Part shown: positions 60,540 to 64,000 of the stretch, piece by piece | Layout: the number at the start of each line of letters is the position of its first letter | Numbering within the stretch: position 1 is the first letter of the stretch | Assembly: GCA_964187785.1 (NCBI GenBank) | Contig: OZ076409.1 | Span: 50,408,001 to 50,472,000, forward strand | Direction: 5' to 3' | Length of the DNA stretch: 64,000 bases | Source of the DNA: Amphiscolops sp. MND2022 | Taxonomy: Eukaryota | Notes under the pieces: generated by a model | What the model was told of the DNA's origin: nothing | Databases searched by the model: none | What the model saw: the letters and a program-made list of their open reading frames with translations, nothing else | Program-made: the position numbers and the translations under genes

Positions 60540-61380
60540 ATGTCCAGTACAGTATCAGCTACTACTTCCGCTGCTTCAGTGCAAAAAAGGGCGGGAGTTC
60601 CGTCGCAGTTGGCTAACCTTCAGACCCAGTTGAAAGAAAGCACTCAAGCATGTGTTGAAAATTTCACGGAATTAGTCAAGCTGTCTGACGTGAACAACCA
60701 AAAAAGTTTTCTCAGTAGCTTAGCTGTTGTCCAACAGGAGCATCTTGAAATACAGGTAGGAATTGAAGCGTCGACGGAAAAGATGTTTTTGGTTTCAACA
60801 TTCCAGGTCAACGTTGAAAATGCAATAACGTTCTTGCATGTCGTTATAGAATAATATCAATCTTTTGTGGACCTTTTTATTTCACTGAAAGTAATTCTCT
60901 TCGAAAGGACCGTGAGTTGTGGAACCAAACTTTTTGTAAAAATTCGGATGTATGATCTTCATTCTTGTGGTTTGGGCCATTTAGCAAATTCCAAAATGGC
61001 TTGTCCCCATAAATTTGCTCTGAGTTGAAGATTGATGGAAATTGATAAAACGTACTTCTGGAAATTTATGTTTTTATGTATCTGCGGAAATATCACAGCC
61101 TCGAAGAGGTCGATTGCTGGGAAAAGTCAATTCTATGATAAAGTGTGTTGGCTCATTTTAGGCTCGTACTTTGGCAATTGTGAGAGCGTGTGAACAAATG
61201 AGTGAGATCACGGCCCAGCTCAAGACTATTCTAGTTGTGAATGACTTTTCCCAGATCAATAGATCGCTGGAAGTCATCTCGAAGGAGTATGAGAACCAGA
61301 TGAAATTGTTTCGCGCTCAGCATTACTCTTCAGATGAAGTCACCATTAAAGTGATCAGTGAGTCATCTGTCATTTCATAG
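60540..61380 (+). CDS. MED22: Mediator subunit 22, second copy; exons 60540-60755 and 61162-61380
   Basis: Same translation and splice sites as the first copy. Confidence 0.85.
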
Positions 61381-63020
61381 AAAAGATTTGTGGATGGCAT
61401 TTTTTGCGCCCTACAAAATATCCTGATGTAATTTTTACAAGGTTCAATGTTCATCTTGTTTTCTCATTCAAAAAATTTCCGCGGTTCATCCGAAGTCCAA
61501 ACGCCTTAGAAATTAGTTTGAATGGACGTCATCAGTAATTGTAGGAAATCATGGGCATTTTTAGTCGATTTTATGGCGCTTTTTACTGGGGAAAAGTGCG
61601 ATTTAAAGTTGAAATTCTGTGCAACTGTTTCACGGGCAAAAAGCACTCTCCTACGTTAATTTGAAGTAACAATAGTTTCATCGCAATCTAAGTTAACATT
61701 TTTCAACCAAACAATTTTTGAAAGAGTTTATTCACGATGATTATTTCCCAAAAAGTAAAGATTTCTGGTAAATATCAATAAGAACTTGCGAGAATGAAAT
61801 TCTCATGAGTATTTTTAATATTTCTGCTTTAGCAGGAATATTATTGTAACCTCAAACTTTCTACTTTTTTTCAGTACAATTTTTCGGATGATACTGAATA
61901 ATTCAGATATTTTGTTCGGCAGTGACTGTAAGCGTGGGAAATAAATTTCTCAAGCTGCCGACAATTCAATTCTAGTGCGATGGAACGAGCGAGTGGTAAT
62001 TATTCGTTCGTATGCTGACGTCATTGAGATGAAGCGAGCGAATGTTCGTAATTGTGCTTTCGTTGCCCCGAGTTATTGAGATGAAGCGAATGAGTGTTAA
62101 TTATTCGTTCGTTGAGAGCTTCGCCTGCATTCAAATGCGAATGCGAAACTTCGTCTACGCGTAGTAGTTATATTTTCTTTCGTCCGAGAAGAATTAAAGG
62201 CGGTGTAAACTTGTACAGTGATTACATGTAATTGTGCGCTAAATAATGATAAAACAAGAGTGTATTGGTATTCCAGATATGATTCTTTTATTAATGAATT
62301 TTTTTGTTTCAAAAAAAATAAAGATTAAAGCAGAAATAGTACTGAGCCCCGGAGGGGCCTATTTTTAGTCGGCGCTTCATGAAGTGAAACGCGACTATTA
62401 TAGTGACTCTTTTTTTTTCTATCCACACGACCTGACCAAAATAGTTCTACAAAAGTTCTACAAAATATTATTGCACCAAAATGCACTATTTGGTCTAGCG
62501 AACTGAACCAAAATGGTTTTACCAGTTTTTCCGCGTAACATACCAAACCGGGCGAGACCAAAGAGTCCCCCCTTTCAATTTTTTTCGGCACTGCGAGACA
62601 TTTTTTTTCGGAATTTTGTTTTCGAAATTTTTTCCCCAAAGGGTCCCCCCTGCATTTTTTCATGTTTTGCGACAGAATGGATGTTGAAAAACCTCAAAGG
62701 GTCCCCCTTTCAGTTTTTCGGCATTGTGAGACTTTAGCGCGCCACTCGGTCCATTTTTTTAGTATGTAATTTTTTCAAAAAAAAATTTTTCGAAAAATTT
62801 TAGATTTTCGAGTACTGTAAAAGAATACTTGACACTTGGAAGTCTTTTTGCTATTTTTGAGCCTTGGATATGGCGCCGACTTGGGCCGGTCCCGGCTTGT
62901 TTGAACTAAAAATGCAAAATGCTTCAATCATTTTTTATTGTCAATTACACGCATGTGTCACAATTTTACAGGCTGTGAATTTGTTTACTAGAGTTGTGGA
63001 TACAAGTTGTTAGTTGTTAG

Positions 63021-64000
63021 CAGACACCACGGTTTTATGCTGCTAGCGGCCACAGATTATGCTGCCACAAAATTCGAATTATGCTATTTCATGCTTTGCT
63101 TGAAAAAGGTTTTTTGTTTCAATTTCGAGTTGAATTATTTTCGACAGTACACCGAGAAGTTAAAAAAGTGACAAAAAATAGAACATTTTTTCAAAGCTTA
63201 ATTTCTCCACGAATAATAGTCAGAGGTCGAATCGGTTGTCTGCTCAAAGCCCTTTACCTAAGCTTTCATATGCAGACTAGTTAGGCTGGTAGTTGGCGTA
63301 ACCTTTCAAATGCCGGTCGAACTTTTCGCTGAAGCTTCATTGAAAAAACTTCTATATGCGGTTTCAATGGTGACAAACTGTGTTACTGGAGTGTGATAGT
63401 AACTTAGCAAACAGTTAATTGTGTTATTAATTGTGTTAATAGTGTTATTGAAAAAAGTTGTAAGTGTTTTTTTGCAAATTACTGTTAACGTTTAAATTAC
63501 TATTAATTACGTTTTCCTATATGCTTTTTGCGTTTCGTATTTTATTGATTGTGAAAAAAATTGCTGTCCTCATTTGAGGATGAAATCACTGTCGAGGTTA
63601 TGTCAAAATTCAATGAAGTGTTTATTGCAATAACAATGAATAGCGTTTTTCAAAGAATCGTCTGACGGCTGCGATCTCCGCGGACATTCGGAAATGTTTA
63701 ACAGCGAAAAACTTCGCTCCACGTCCACACCCGCGGGTTGAATCCAAATAGCCCCTCGCGCCAATTTTGCCAAAATAGGAAACTCCTCTTTTTTGGACTC
63801 CCAGTACTTCTCAATTTCAAAAGCTTCGAAAATAAAAGGGCACAAACAAGACCAAAGCACATTTTAACGAAGTCCTCCACAATTTTGGAACGTTCCAAGG
63901 AATCCACTGTTGTCTAATATAATAATATATGCCTCTGAATTCCACCAAAAATTCAATGTAAAGAGATTTGTCCCCGGAATCCAGAAAAAATCGCAAGCGG
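63021..64000 (-). mobile_element. hAT derivative, second copy (cut by the window end)
   Basis: GTTGTTAG|CAGACACCACGG end and dimerisation-domain ORF 63603-63860. Confidence 0.88.

Larger units (their letters stand above)
57623..64000 (+). repeat. Near-identical direct copy of 1-6379
   Basis: Colinear at offset 57622 (57621 after a 1-bp indel), with only a handful of differences seen. Confidence 0.97.

Overview
AT-rich eukaryotic (invertebrate animal) DNA with GT-AG introns; the species cannot be fixed from sequence alone. Three host genes lie on the + strand near the start: an intronless ATF6-type membrane bZIP factor (327-2141), Mediator subunit MED22 (2 coding exons) and Arp2/3 subunit ARPC2 (4 exons). 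The rest is mostly transposon-derived. It includes a TIR/TSD-bounded hAT deletion derivative, several MITEs, a degenerate BEL/Pao LTR retrotransposon, Gypsy-like gag relics, APE-RT LINE relics and a CRE-like non-LTR relic. The ATF6 locus has been duplicated repeatedly. Positions 1-6379 recur almost identically at 57623-64000, an older tandem duplication left a truncated ATF6 at 53288-53887, and 2183-bp and 1481-bp tandem duplications sit inside that older unit. The least explained part is 14.4-23.0 kb. There, four copies of one terminal-inverted-repeat motif are interleaved with an orphan spliced gene, an orphan ~400-codon exon, tRNA-like cassettes, spacer-less palindromes and a captured BiP (HSP70) coding fragment. 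All family calls come from motif recognition by eye, not database searches.
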